From Adineta vaga (Eukaryota > Animalia > Rotifera), in the NCBI GenBank assembly GCA_021613535.1, contig CP075496.1:5952001-6016000 (forward strand): DNA of 64,000 nucleotides, written 5' to 3'. Shown in pieces: positions 1-14,800 of this stretch. Below the pieces are notes generated by a model. That model saw only the letters and a program-made list of their open reading frames with translations. It had not been told where the DNA came from and did no database searches. The translations under genes were made by a program, and so were the position numbers. Position 1 is the first letter of the stretch; each line of letters opens with the position of its first letter.

Positions 1-2772
1 TCTTTTTCTCTTTCTCTTTTTTTTATCTACGCTTTTTCATTTTCTTTTACATAACATGAGCAGTCAACGAGACGATAAAGAATAGATTTTTTTTCTACTT
101 CTGTTTTTGTCACATCAACACAACTCCTCTTCATTTTTCTTCTTCTGATTAATATATCAAAAACTGAAGCATCGAATTTTAATCTGACAGGTATACTTAA
201 AAAAAACTTCACCTTTTATCCGTAGATCGTAATATTAATTCAAAATCACCGGCAATCCTTTTATTAAACAATGCCTTTCATTGTATCCTCTTACGCTTTC
301 TTTTCTCTCCATTACCTACAGGCAAAGAAAAACCGCCTACGTTCGTGAAGAAAAACCTCTTTACATTTAATAACTTTTTAAAGTGCATAGATTATTTTCT
401 ATTACTTCTATTTGCTAAGTTTCTTTTTTAAAACCTATGTTTGAGATAAATAAGTATGTTTTGTTTATCTTATTTTTTTATCTCACCATGCTCAATAATA
501 TACATAAACGGAGGGAAAACAATGAGTAAGTAAACACATTTGTAGGCGTAAGTAAAAACAAAAGAAAAAAAAATCATGTTCGCCTTCGTCAGCACCTATG
601 ATTTGTACACATAACGTAGGCACATATTTTTCATCGCCTTTTTATTTCGCAGCTGCTTTATGATTCTCATCGAACGCCTCCGCTCGGTGTTTTTCTTTCA
701 TTAGTTCGAAGGACAAAAGTCCAAAAAAACAGGTTACCTTTCCAGTAAATTTTTTTTTCGAAATTTTTTCGTTGCTGCTGCAGCTGTTGTTGTTGATGAT
801 GACGATGATCCAGCTGTTGAATATGCATCTATATTAAATATATCTTTCTTAATTTCATTAGTTTCAATTGTTGGTAGGATTAATGATGGTGAACTTGGTT
901 GAACTAATTTTGGTACAATTGGAAATAATTTAATTTCCTTTGGTCTTGGCGTTTTAACATTGATCACATTTGTTGAAAATGATGTTGACTCAGATATTTG
1001 AGATTTAAGTTTCGATGATTTTTGTTGTTTTGAACACCAAAAGATCTGATTTAAATCCGATTTGATTCAATGAAAGAGAAAACAAAATACTTACCACAGC
1101 TAAAAAGGTGACAAGCGCTGCTATAACAACGGTTCCGACTGATAAATAAACCAGATTTTTCGTCCAAAATAGAGCGGACCCGATATCATCTTGGTTAGCC
1201 GACTATAAATACAGAAAGAAAACAGGATGATTTCATTTATTATTCCAATGATCTACCTCACTGAACATGCATTCAATTGACAGCTGTCATTAACAAATAA
1301 ATATGATTTTTTTTGCTTTCTATTCTATATATGACATCAAGAATTCTTTTTTTTCCATCAACATAAGATCATCTTTCAAATAACAACACACTGCCTACTC
1401 ATCATTTCTTTCTTGAAAAAAAAGCAGATAGACATAAGTGTAGGGTTTTCATCCTTTTTCCCTCCGTCCTTCTTCTTTTTTTCAATGAACCATACACATT
1501 AATAGCACTTATTGTCCTATTCTATTTTTTTCTTCTTCTTCGTCTTTAGATTCTCAAAATAGATCGAAGAAAGAGAAGAAAGCAGTAGCAGCAATAGTAT
1601 AAAAAACGCGCTTATTATTTAAGAAGCATTTCATCAAGAAAATATGTGATCGAATATGACAATAATTTGAACCCACGCATGTAAGAAGAACTATGCTGTC
1701 AATAATAGATAGATGTGCGGAACAAAAAGAGAGAGAGAGAAAGAGAGAGAAAATATAAATATATACGCATAACAAGCCAAGTGTTTGTCATTATTTTAGC
1801 AAAAAGAAAAAGGATAAATAATGTTCGAAATAAAAATAAAACTTACATTGACTAAAAAATTCTCTATAGACAATAAAACAAAAAGAAACATTATATATAT
1901 TATGTTTTGTTATTCTAATGGAAAATATGTCTCATTATTTTTATTTGCTTCCATTGTGTCAACACGTTTGTTTCATGTATTAATTGACAACAATATTACT
2001 ATTTTGATCGGATATTCAGGAAAAAAAACAAATTGTTGACTTAAAATATCTGTATTTGAATTTTACACTCACTTGATGCGTATAATTAATGTCATTGTGA
2101 CATTGGTAATGATTATAGAATGTATATTGAGTTTAATTTGTAGTTACCGATGTTGTTGAAGATCTTAGTCTTTTGATAGATGCACTACTCGTCTCTGAGA
2201 TATAATCGACGGAAATAAGATGACGTGTGTATATTGACAGGGAATGAAAAGAGAGGGGGTGGAAAAGGAAAGACATTGAAAATGGGATTAGGAGACCGAA
2301 TGGAGCTTTAAGCACGCACAGAGAGCGAGAATAAAAGATAATTGAAATGTGAATAACGAGAAAAACACAGTGATCCGGTCGAACAAATCATTATCATCAC
2401 GCTCCTAACAGTTGTCAATATTATTATTCAGTCGTAAACTTTCTTGGTATATTAATAGCCTGAAGCAAAAAATAACTATTCGATTGATGCGGGGTAAAAA
2501 CGCATGAGCTATACGAACAAAGTGATAGAGGAAAATGAACGCAAGTGATGTTTTTCATTGTGCTCACCTGTTGTTGCTGTTCATCTTGCCAATCGAATAT
2601 CCGTTTTTCTACCGATAATTTTGTTGTAATCATATTTAAGAAAGAAAACAATGTTTTTCTTATCAATTCTATATTATTAAATAGAAGAAAATAATTCGAA
2701 AATAACGAAGAAATGAAGTGATCTTACCCGAAATAACAATAGTCCAATACTATTCCATTGAATATTCATCAT
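1..2772 (-). CDS. Single-pass membrane protein, 3' end outside window; probable KIM-containing receptor tyrosine phosphatase (PTPRR/PTP-ER-like)
   Basis: Spliced exons ~1094-1202 (SANQDDIGSALFWTKNLVYLSVGTVVIAALVTFLAV, TM) and ~738-1045 (IFWCSKQQK...KKFRKKNLLER, ending AG|GTAACC). Two possible phase-0 first exons: 1257-1268 (MFSE) and 2728-2772 (MMNIQWNSIGLLLFR|GTAAGA). LLER matches the start of the LxERRGSN kinase-interaction motif. No catalytic domain is visible. Confidence 0.5.
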
Positions 2773-3255
2773 GATAATTAATAGAATCTCATCTATCAAG
2801 AAAACAACAACAACAATAATACTACTAATAATAATAATACTAAGATCGAAATATATGAATATATAACGACAAAAATCACATCTGCTTCTTTATGTTTTAT
2901 ATTTAATGTCACAAGATCCTATTCTTTTATGATTGTTTCTGGTAATAGTATCCTGCTCACACAATCTTTGACAATTTTGATCTGAAGAAGAGAGGAGAAA
3001 AGAAAAAGAACAAAACTTTCATTTCCTTGTGTTACATTAAACAAGTACATTACTACATCAAGATATATAAACAGGAAAAATCAAATTTGCAATATATATA
3101 TTGTGTTTTTTTGTTGTTGATGTTAAATACGACTAGATAGAAATTAGGAGGGATGATGACAAACGAGAAAAGAAAATCAAACATTTAAAAAATCGAATAT
3201 ACAATTGGAATGATGTTGATCATAAGACCAATTATTGAGAAAAAACAACCGTATA

Positions 3256-5785
3256 TCATGAAGAAGTATTTTGCTGAGAAGAACAATTCATAGAAGTCTG
3301 ATCAGAAATAACAGATGAAGGAAGTAAAGAAGAAGACGAAGAAGATGATGATGATGATAGATTTACTTGTGATGTTACATTTGTTGGTTGTATAGTTGAA
3401 GGTTTCTCTGTGGTAGGCTAAAATAAATACAGATTTTGCTTTTATTAATAAGTAGCAGTTATAAATAAAAGATGATGAGGTACTTCAAAAAAGCAAAAAT
3501 AACTTTTCCCTTTTCTAAACAAAGAAGAAGAAAAAGTACTTTGACATGAAAAACAAAGAACAAAATAGTTATCTATTATTTTTCATAATTATCTTTTGAA
3601 CAAAAGTTCTCTGAATACTTATGATGATCATTATTTCAAAGAGTAACAAACATTATATTGTCTTTCATGTGCTTGAAAAACTTTTAAAATTCACTTCAAA
3701 GTTTCAGAAACATCAATGAATTGTTACGTACATTATTCTAAATCTAGTCATTCGATTGATAATAATTACATATAGTGATATATATATATGTGTACATATA
3801 ACTATAGATTTACTTATATAATGGATTGCGCTCTTTTGCATCTCTATAAAATCAGTATGCAAGAATAGATAGACTCAATGACAGGAGAAGAAAACCGAAT
3901 TTCACATGTAAAGGATTAGCTCTTATTTTATTATCTTTCTAACAAATGAGTTTGGTATACTGTGTGAACTCAATAATACTTCTTTTCATTCTGCTATTAG
4001 AACAATATTAGTGATATATAATGTGACAAATTCACAACAATGTCGAGAAACGAACAAAAGAATAATCAATAGTGATTAGAGAGAAAAATTTTGACAGTTA
4101 CCATTTTAAAGTATTCATTAATTACTTTTCATTTCTGAAAGTTCATTTATTCATCTTTTCACTTGATTACTCACTGATTATATAAGATATGACAAAAAAG
4201 TCATGGGTAGTTTTTAATCTTGTACTGTATAATCTATTATAGTATATAGAAATTTCTTTGAAAATATTGATATTTATTTCAGCTGAGCAAATATTCTATA
4301 CTTTATTCGAATGACGAAGGTATTCTGCTAACAAATTCTAAGAGAAAAAGGGCTAATGCTATTAATAGAATTTTGAATCTTTATAAAATCAAAAAAACTT
4401 TAATTAGTTCTATAATAAAATTCGATCGTCTTGTAATAATGGAAGAAAATATAAACTTTTATTTTCTCAAGTAAATAAATGTAAATACATATTGACTCAG
4501 TCAAATAAGAAAGCCTCAATACAAGATAAACTTTAATATTTTCTCACGATAATTGCCTTTTTTTTCTTTCCTCCTACGAAATAATATTTTTCTTTTCAAT
4601 AGACTTTTTCTTAATATTATAAATTACATTACATTATTGCCTGATTTGAAATGAACGAAAAACCATGCAGAAAAAACTAAAATAGTTGTACAAACCTCGG
4701 GTATTTGTTTGGGTCGTTGAATATTTTCATGAATAGAAAGAATTTCTTTTAAACCACGATTTTCAAGTAATAATGCATGAATACGTTCTTCTTGAGAGGC
4801 ACTATTTGTATCATCAACATCGATAGCATGACGCATAACTGTTGCCATTTCATGAATTTTCGATGATTTGTCTTGAATATCCTAAATTAAAACAATGACG
4901 TAGAATAGTTCATTATGTATTCGAGCTTAAAATTTCAATCTATCGTTCTGTTGAATTTCATAAAACATCTATCATTTAGTATGATTGATAGTTTTTCATT
5001 AATAAAACAAGACGTCATCAACATAGGGTTGAAAACTCACTTCGATAAATATGCTCTACTTACAGATCCGAATCATTTTCGATTTATGTCAATGAAAGTT
5101 AGAAATTAATTATGATGATTTTTAATGATAAAATAATTATTTCTATTTTATATGCATCAATATACGCGATTTATCATATTTTTCAAAAACGAAATTACCT
5201 GTGCTAATGAAGCATTAAATAAATTCACTGCTTTCGTTTCTTCTTTTTTCATTAAAATAAGTCGTTGAACATCTTCTCGATATTTATACATAATCTTTTC
5301 TAGAACACTTCGATGTTCTGTAACTAATTGTTTTAATTCTTCATTTTCTTGTTGTAATTGTCTAATTAAATATATGACATATTATTCGAAGCAAGTATAA
5401 TATTTACTTACTTGATGAGACGATTTTCTTTTTGAATATTATAAAGAATAGCTGTTTTTGGACGATGAGAACTGATATCATTCAATTCAGCAAGATCATC
5501 ACCGTACTGAAAGAAATAAAATATATAAAAATCCAGAAATAACTTTTTAAACAGATATTTTACGAAGAGATACACATGAATAATTTAACTCAAATTACTC
5601 TTCGACAAAATATCTATCTAAGTTTAAATCAATTATGATATTCTTCGAACCTGTTTCATGCTAAGAATTCGTTCCTGAACATATTGTGCTTGATTTACAG
5701 CTGTATCAGCTGTGGCATCATCACGACGTAAACGCGAAACAAGTTCACGAGCATTTGTTAATATTGTATCAAGTGAAAGATTCAT
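3256..5785 (-). CDS. FGFR1OP2: FGFR1 oncogene partner 2 / SIKE family coiled-coil protein
   Basis: Spliced translation MNLSLDTILTNARELVSRLRRDDATAD...YGDDLAELN...LQQENEELK...LEKIMYKYR...IHEMATVMRHAI...LLLENRGLKEIL, typical of the SIKE family. Last exon is Ser-rich (3256-3417). Confidence 0.85.
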
Positions 5786-6325
5786 TATTTACGTCGATAT
5801 AGTAGATGAAAAAATGTAATTGATTAAAGAAGAAATAGAAGGATAATTAACACATTAGACAATGAAAGTTTTTTTGATATAAGAACAAGAAAAACAAATT
5901 GTTTATTTATTTTGTTTTGTTTTTAAGAATATCAATCGATGAAATCACCAATCAAACATCTTCCATAGATAAATTCGTAGCCATTGACAGAAAATACTTT
6001 GTCATTTAGTAATTTAATTTCAATTTGAACCACCTGTTTAGAATATCAAGCGATTGTATATTGATTTCTGAACGTAAAATCTCATTGATAGATGTCGCTG
6101 TTATTATACTTTTAAAATCTTCAGTTTTATAAAATTCTAAAAATTAGTTAATTATTTTTACTTTATTTGATTTTTTTGTATCTGAACTCATGTCCTCTTA
6201 GTAGTGGTTTCGTCTAGGTAATTGTTTGACACTCGTCATGAATAATGGCGATGGTAATAATCGATTATACTTTTAGATTTTCTTGTTTCAAATTCGATTA
6301 ATTGTGTTTTATAGAAAAAACTATC
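5786..6325. promoter_or_regulatory. Bidirectional promoter region between FGFR1OP2 and WDPCP
   Basis: 540 bp between divergent ATGs. Contains TAGATGTCGC (6089-6098) and a degenerate X-box-like TTCGTCTAGGTAAT (6209-6222) upstream of a ciliary gene. Confidence 0.5.
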
Positions 6326-8443
6326 ATGTCTTCTGAATGTTCTTTACTTTGTTCTCTTCAATTTTGGACATTAAAATATGCTGGTCTTCATGAACGTGAT
6401 ATCAGTATTCATAGTTATCAACAGAAACCTCCACCAACGAAATCATCCATAATTCCATTCATTCATTCAAATTCATCTTCAACAAATGACAAAACTCCGA
6501 AGAAAGCAACCTATTACGATGAATATAACGATTATTTTACTTCACGTTCATTACCAATACATCTTTCAAATAAAATTTTTCATAATTTACGCGATAAATT
6601 AATTGAATTTGATAATCTTCTTTCTACATTGAAACTTATTCGAACAATCTGGTTACGTGTTGATGTTATTTTTCTTGCATTTTCCAATGGTACATTTGTT
6701 TTTCTCTATATCGATAAATTAAGTCGAACATTAAAGGATATATCTATTGATAAAACAACATTAACAAAAAAATTTCATATTACAACAACAATATCGGATA
6801 TATATTTGAATTCTCATGGATTCTATGTAATTTATGAAACATTATCGAAAATTGATCTATTTCGTTTCAATACACCGATACGTTCATTTGATTCGAAATT
6901 TAATTTAGCTAATGAATCAATACGAGCAATAAGTGAAGAATTACCACCGTATTCAAGCACCATACCTGTTCGACGATGGTTTCATATCAATCATGAAGCT
7001 CATACAATAACTATTTGGTGGTCCATGTTAGCTGAAGGAATTTCAACCAATGGACATTTAGTTGATGGTGATCAAAAAAAATCCCGATTTAATTGTTTGT
7101 CCATTGTATTTTCATTAGAAAATGAAAATGATGCTAAAGAAAAAATGTATTCAATACAAACAGAAACATCCAATCCATATTATTGTTCGTCAACATCATC
7201 TGGATTAACAACCGTAGAAATGAATGAACATGTTGATAAAGTAAATAACCTTTTAAGATATAATTAAGCGAGAAATTTATTTGAAAATTTATTTTTTCAG
7301 AATGGTTTAGAACGTTCATTCGAATTAAGTATATATTTCTATGAAAACTTTCGTTCTGTTCCTCTTCGTCTTGTTCATGTTCCATCGTTGTCATCTTCAA
7401 TTTTATATGTCATACGTTCATCGAGTTATACAATCGTTTATTTAATAGATGGTACATTACTTTCCATCGATGAAATCAATCATATTCAACGTTCGAAATC
7501 ATGTATTTTATCACGAAATTTAACAGGATTATGGTGGATTATTGATAATTTATTATTTGCTTTAGCTGATGAACAAGGTTCATTGATTTTCTATGATATT
7601 GCATTAAATTCGATCTGGCCTGTTCTATCATCATTTAAAAAATTACATTTTCATCATCTATTAAATCTTGATCAACATCTCATTGCAATGAATCAATTGT
7701 TACTACGAAATTCATCGTCATCAAATTTAACGTTACTTCTTCAATTTTCACATGGCGGTCCTGTCGGTCTTATCGATATTCATTTTCCATTTCAAAATAT
7801 TCATTCATTATTTAAATTCTATTTAAATACACAAAATTATTCGTATATTGTCGATTTATTATGGTGTTTAGATTGGACAAGACAAGATAATGATTGTCGT
7901 TTAGCAATATCTTATATATCACAAGATTTATTTCGTCGAATGACTTCCAAAGAATCATTTTATTTCGAACAAATCTTACGTACATTCTATTCACCACTTC
8001 GTCCAATAAATGATGCTAGTATTTTACGTAATCGTTCATTTATTAATCAAATAGCAACGAAATTCTTCTATTATCTATTAAAAAGTAAATTCTATTCTCA
8101 AGCACTTCAATTAGCTAAACATTTAGATAATCGAACAATTTATCTTGATCTTTATTATGCATGTGATTATGACAATGAAAAAAGTATTATGAATATCTGT
8201 GCTGAGAAATTAAAACTAAATGATAATGATAGTGATATAGATAATGATGAAAATGAAAGTGGTTTATCAGTTACTTCAAGTGAAGATGAAAATGAAAGTT
8301 CAAGAATAAATAGACAAAAATTTCCAATGATTGATATCAAACAATATGGAGATATTAAAGAAATTTTCGAATCAGCAATTGAACATTATAAACTTGATGA
8401 GAATATGTGTAGATTTTTATTCGATAGAATGCATGCTGTATAA
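6326..8443 (+). CDS. WDPCP: WD repeat-containing planar cell polarity effector (Fritz)
   Basis: Two exons (intron ~7241-7302). LQFWTLK...ERDISIHSY, LRDKLIEFD, DISIDKTTL, DEQGSLIFYDIALN, GGPVGLI and FYSPLRP match Fritz/WDPCP motifs. Confidence 0.88.
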
Positions 8444-8845
8444 AAAAGAAACGTTTTTTTTATTGTGTCAGATGATATGGATCTGTTTTCTTTTGATATT
8501 AGATTTGAAAAGAATAAAATTTTGAACAAATATGAAATAGTACAAGTTTGTACGACATGAAAATTCGAACTAAATTGTATTCTTTATTTATATCCAATAA
8601 AATAACCATGAGAAAAAAATAAAATAAATAAATAAATATATATATATAGTATGTATGTGTATATAACGAACAGAATATTAAGAATAAATTCGTTCACATT
8701 CTCTAAACCGACACACAAACAAATATACAAGAAAATCATACACACATATACCTGTTCTAGAAAAAAAAGAAACTAATTTGAGGAATTCCACCAGTTAATT
8801 ATTAATGAAAGACGGAAACTCAAAAAAAAAGGGGAAAAGAAGAAA

Positions 8846-11800
8846 TTATTTATTTTCATTAAATGAATCTTTTGTTATTTCGTTTGGAATCGTAAGAGTT
8901 TCTTCCAATTTCGATTCACCATTTGAAACAATGAGCGTCGCAAGATCGTTATCAACAAAAAAACGAGCAGTTGTCTAGAGAAGAAATCAATCAACTAAAC
9001 ACATCGAAATTCAATCATCTTACTCGATCACTATTTGGTGAAAGAATTTGTACATTAACTTTTTCATTGAGAGGTGGTTGTTCACTAAGATTAACTGGTT
9101 GTTCATGCCATTCACGTAAACTCTTCGGTGCAATTATATTCGAATTCGATTTAATACTATCTATAAAGACAAAAAATATATTGGTCTCTTTCTTGTCTTC
9201 GTGTTAATGTCAAACCTCTTTGTGTCTTTTCATTTGTTTCTGATGTTGATGTTCGACGACTTGATGATGATGGTGTTGATGATTCACTATCATTATTTGA
9301 TGCTTGTTCGGAATGTGTTCGTGTAAGAGAATAACGTCGAATATGTTCAGCAGTAGTAAATGATGGTGTTGAAGAGGTTGTTGTACTAGATGTAATTAAT
9401 CGATTGCTAGTTGGAATGGTAGAATTAATTGATTGTCGTTTAAGACCGGATACCAATGCTGCTCGACCTTGAATAAAAAACAGATTTTATCAATTAAAAC
9501 AAAGAAGCTCATTGAGCGTGATTATTAATGAATCTTTCATTTCTCCATTTTATTCAAAGAAAAGGAAATCTTAGAGCTCGGCAAAAACAAATAATGTCAA
9601 TAATCATCTTGATATGCCTATATAAAACAGCATTATTCTATTCTTTTATACGTATGACGTGTGTTAAACATGTTATAATCTGAACAAGATTAAGCGAACT
9701 ATTTTTATTCATAAATAAACAGATTTATTTCAACTTACCAGGATGATTGGGCAAAGCTGGTGACGAAAATCCTAAATGAAAACAATCATCAATGAATATG
9801 TGATTAAACTTTCATTAGACATAATCATTCATATACATCAATACTTTTATTGTTCACTAACGACTAAATTTCATATGATTCATGATTGTATACTTTATTC
9901 TATAAGATGACAGTTACCATACATCACTTGTCGAATTTAATTGTCTCTATTCTATTAAGACATCATCTGACTCTCGTCCCACTTACAAAGATGATACGTA
10001 ATGATAATAAACGTGAGATATGCATGCATAAATGAATATATATAAATATATATACTATTCAGATTAATCAATAGATGGTTGATGGTGTGAGACGAAGAAG
10101 AAGCAACATTAAAAAAAAACTCAACATTACTTCTACATCTTACATCTACAGCAAATCATTTGATGATACAACAATCAAAAATTATGAAAATCTTTCGAAT
10201 TATTTCCATTTTAATTTTCTTATTTCTACAAATTTCCTATTCGAATTCGTCATGTTTATCTTGTTCATCCAATCTATGTTATCAATGCTATAATAGATTA
10301 CCAATCGATCGAACAAATGTTGAAAATTTGACAATTATATGTAATCAAACAAATGATTTCTTTCAACAAGAAGACGAACATTTTTATTCAATTATTCGAA
10401 CGTTTACAATGATCAATTGTACAATGAAAACTCTTTATCTCAATTTCTATACTCTTTGGAATTATCTCGATTCAATATCAATACTTCATGCTAATCTAAC
10501 ACATTTATCACCTTTCATTTTCAATCGATCATTATCATATTCATCATTACCAATTTTATACAGTGTTAAAACATTAAATCTATCACATAATTCAATTCGT
10601 ATTATCAATAAAAACTTTTCATTCTATTTTCCTTCATTAGAAAAACTTGATCTAAGTTATAATCATTTAATTTTAATTAAGAAAAAAACATTTATCAATT
10701 TAATCTATTTAAAAGTACTTTATTTAAATAATAACTATTTAAAACAAATTTTACCGAATATATTTCCACGTCAATCACTTTATTCTATTAATTTAAATAA
10801 AAATTTCTGGTACTGTTCATGTGCAAATATATTAACATTAACTATTAGTCAACCTATACCTATTTGTTATTCACCAAAAGAATTTCAAAATCAAAATGCA
10901 AGTCTTATTGCACGACAATGTTTTCTTCGAACCAAAGCAAATCTTTTAATCATAATAAATCAAAATTATAAACTAAATTTAACTTGTACTCTTTCATCTA
11001 TCACCGATACATGGAGAAATAAGATAAATCATAATCTTACAGTAACATCAATTTGGCATCTTGAACAACATCGTTTGATTTCAACTAATCAATTATCTAA
11101 TTTAACAAATCAATATTTAATTTGTTTTAATTTTAGTTCAACTCATCGTGAATCGATTCATACAATCATTCCACTTTCATTTCCTAGAATAACATCTTCA
11201 AATACACATACAACAACTAAACTTTCTCCCATTTTTCTTTGGATATTAAATACAAGTAGAAATATTCTACCGAAAACATTTCGAACATCTGATAAACGGA
11301 TCTTAATCGTTTGGTTAATCTTACTTAGTATTGCTTTCATTATCTTCGTATTTCTCATCTATTTTCTTTATCATAATCGAACATTGGATAGATATTATTT
11401 AAAAAAACCTTATTCATTCACTCGTTTTGATAAAGATTCTCCTTCTCATCAACATCGAACATTATTCAATGCTAATTGTACTTGTAAAAATCATAAATGT
11501 TTGTGTCAATATCGACGTCGTGTTCATTCAACATTACAATTATCCAAATCGAAATCATCAAATTTACTTAATAAAGATATCTATTCGATTCGACCATTAC
11601 TCATTGAACCAAATGAATTACGATACGCAAAAATAAAACGTATCTCATCAACAAAAGAACTGACGAATGATTGTTCAACAGGAGAATTTCGTACGGTTGT
11701 AAAAATGAAATCCTTACCTAGTTGATGTTGTCCATATGTTGTTGTTGCAGATGTTAAATAATTCGATTGATTAGTTGTACTTGTAGGAATAGGAATGTCT

Positions 11801-14800
11801 AATATTGAAGCTATTTTTGATAATTTTATTTGACGAGCTCTTAAGAAAATAAAATGATTTTTATGATAGTTTGAACGAAACGAATTAAAACTACCTTTGA
11901 CGACCTTTGCTTAAGTTTTGTTTAGCTGTCATACAACGAATATGATCATCAAATGTAAATTTTGCATTCAGTATAGGAGGATTTGATTTTACATAAATAT
12001 TATTAACTGGTTTATGAATTGTTATATGGAGAGAACGAGTATCTTCTTTATCATTGGCGACTTCCACGTCCTAAATAGAACATGATTATTGCAATATGAT
12101 ACTTCCAGGAAGAAAAATAAGAATTGCGTGGAAAAGTCGATTATCTATTTCAATATTTTATGAAAAATACTAACTTGCATTAGATCACAGAATTTGACTA
12201 TACCCCATCCCATTCTTTTAACATCTGGTTCAATAAGAATAAATTGCATTGGATCAGTAACAAGAAAACGACGATCTTTTCTACAATAAAAAATAAGATT
12301 GATATCAAGATCAAACATATCATTCAACATACTTTTCTTTCATGAAGACTGTACAAGCAATTAAATCGCTATTGTCTAAATAAGCAAAATTTATAAAAAA
12401 AAATGAAATCTCATTTTTATCTTCTTTAGACATACTTAAATCAAGCTTATCGTTTTCCTTAACTAAATTCTCTGGTTTTGTCAATGGTAGTTCATTTTCT
12501 GTTGTCAATCTTAATTCCAACGATAAAGTTCGAATAAGAAAAAACGCTCGAATAGCCTAAAAAATATGAAAACTTTAGTATTAATTCAACTTATCAAATA
12601 TTTTCATTTACTTTTCTTGCTCGTTCAATATCACCCGATGGTAAACGTTTGATAAATTCAACTCCACTCAATGGTGTTGTCGTTGCAGGATATAACATAC
12701 ATGCATCTTTTAATAAATATTCCAAACGAATCGGATTTAATTGCATCTGACGATATTCATCTTCGAACATATCCAAAAACATTTCTTGTTCCTTAATGAG
12801 AGAAAAAAAGAATAAGAACAGTTTGATTCAATTAATTATTCATGTGGTCTTTAGAGATTTGAAAATGTGAGAAACGAATGAATGAACTCATTCGTTTCCG
12901 TATTTATTCGATTAGATTCATATCTTACTCGATAATGCCTTCGTAAATCTTGTGTTATTTGTTCATGTGCTTGTTCGATACGTGCTAAATGATGATCTGA
13001 TATATAAGAAATTTTGTCTTCTTCATTGTAAACAAGTCTTTTTAATAAATTTATTGCTAAACTTAAAGTCACAAGACGAATATTTGAATCTAAAAACAAA
13101 CAGATCGATATTATGCGATGAAAATTCGATAAAATGAGATCTTTTTCGTACCTGGAGTTACAAATGAAAGAAGAATTTTACAAAGTGCATCGACTAAGAT
13201 TGTATTATAAAAACTTTTATCCTAAAAATGAAACATTGATATGAAAAGATAATTGAAATAATCAAGAACATACTGAAGATTTAACAGTTAAACAATTAGA
13301 TTCGAGAATGACTCTATCAACAGCTAGAAAACAAACAAATAACATAAAGATTTTATTTAAATAAAATTTACATGGATTCATTGTCATTGTTAATAGTACA
13401 CTTAATGCATAGAAACATTGTTGATCACTTTCTGTACAATCCAATGCTTGAATTAAAGCTTCAAAATATGGTCTAAATCATTCATGTATATATTTTAAAG
13501 AAGTGAATTTTTCTTTTGTCTAAAATCAATTACCGTTCAGCTAAATGATTTTCATTGAAACTCATTCGATCTCCACTACGTTTTGCTTTTTCATCATCAG
13601 TCCAATTCGATACATATAAACTAGCTGGTTTAACATTCGTTTCACTGTTTCGTTGACGATCTGGAGAGAAATGTCGAGGTGATGATGATGCTGAACGTGC
13701 TCGAGTATGATTTCCATCTTGACGATATCGAGCTGTATTATCATGAATATCCAAAGCATTCAATGAAACATCTAAACATACGTATCTCATATTTTAAGGA
13801 GATCAAAATTATTCATATATACCAGAATTAATCTTTGTTTCAATCGATTCAACTTTAGCTAAACAAACATCGAGTGATGCTGGTGGTGAACTATAGGTAA
13901 CCTGAAATTAAATCAATAGTGATTTGAAATAATTCATTGAATGAATGAAGTACTTGTTCACCATAACGATGTTGTACAGCTTCAACTGTTTCGATATCTG
14001 CGGATAGAATGATATCTGCTAACTCTTCAATAACTGGTCGATAACGAATGACAAGAAAGACCTAAGAAAAACCCATATGGATTATGCAAAATAAAAAAGG
14101 ATATTGCAGTCGAATAGCTTACTTCAGCAAGAAGGAACAGAGCAGATGACTGTTCGACCATAATGCGTGGATCCTGTTAGAAAATAGTTTTTTTCTCCAA
14201 TAAAATTCTAAGTCTAAATGATTCGACTTACTTTCACTCGAGAAAATTTATCACGTCTAATTAATGAAAATACATAAACCGGTATTAGAAGTCGATTCAT
14301 TAATTGCTCCTTCAAAACATTATTTAAACTGTCAACACCAAGTAAAAATATATCTTGTAAATAATGTATATGATCAAGATATTCTTCCAAACTACATATA
14401 ATATGACTACGATTATTAATACTAAATAAAAACAATTCTCAATGAGATCATATAGCAAACAATTAAAATTTCACGTACTCTCGATTATTTCTTAGAATCT
14501 TATCAAAATCTAAGATTTGATTACGAATAAACCAGACAAGATTAGAAAAATATTCTGTCGCTGTACGATCTAATATAAAACGATGCATCGCTGGATCCGA
14601 TACTAAATAAGAAATAAACGGATGTTTATTTTACTGAATAATCTTCAATTTACCTTTGTAAACATTGAGAGTCAACGTACGTACAGCAATTCGAACCATA
14701 GTTTCTTGATGATTGAAAAATTTTAATGCTTCAACATACAATGGAAAATCATGATTTCGCTAAACAACAAAGACGAACAATACTAATCCGATAGCATTAT

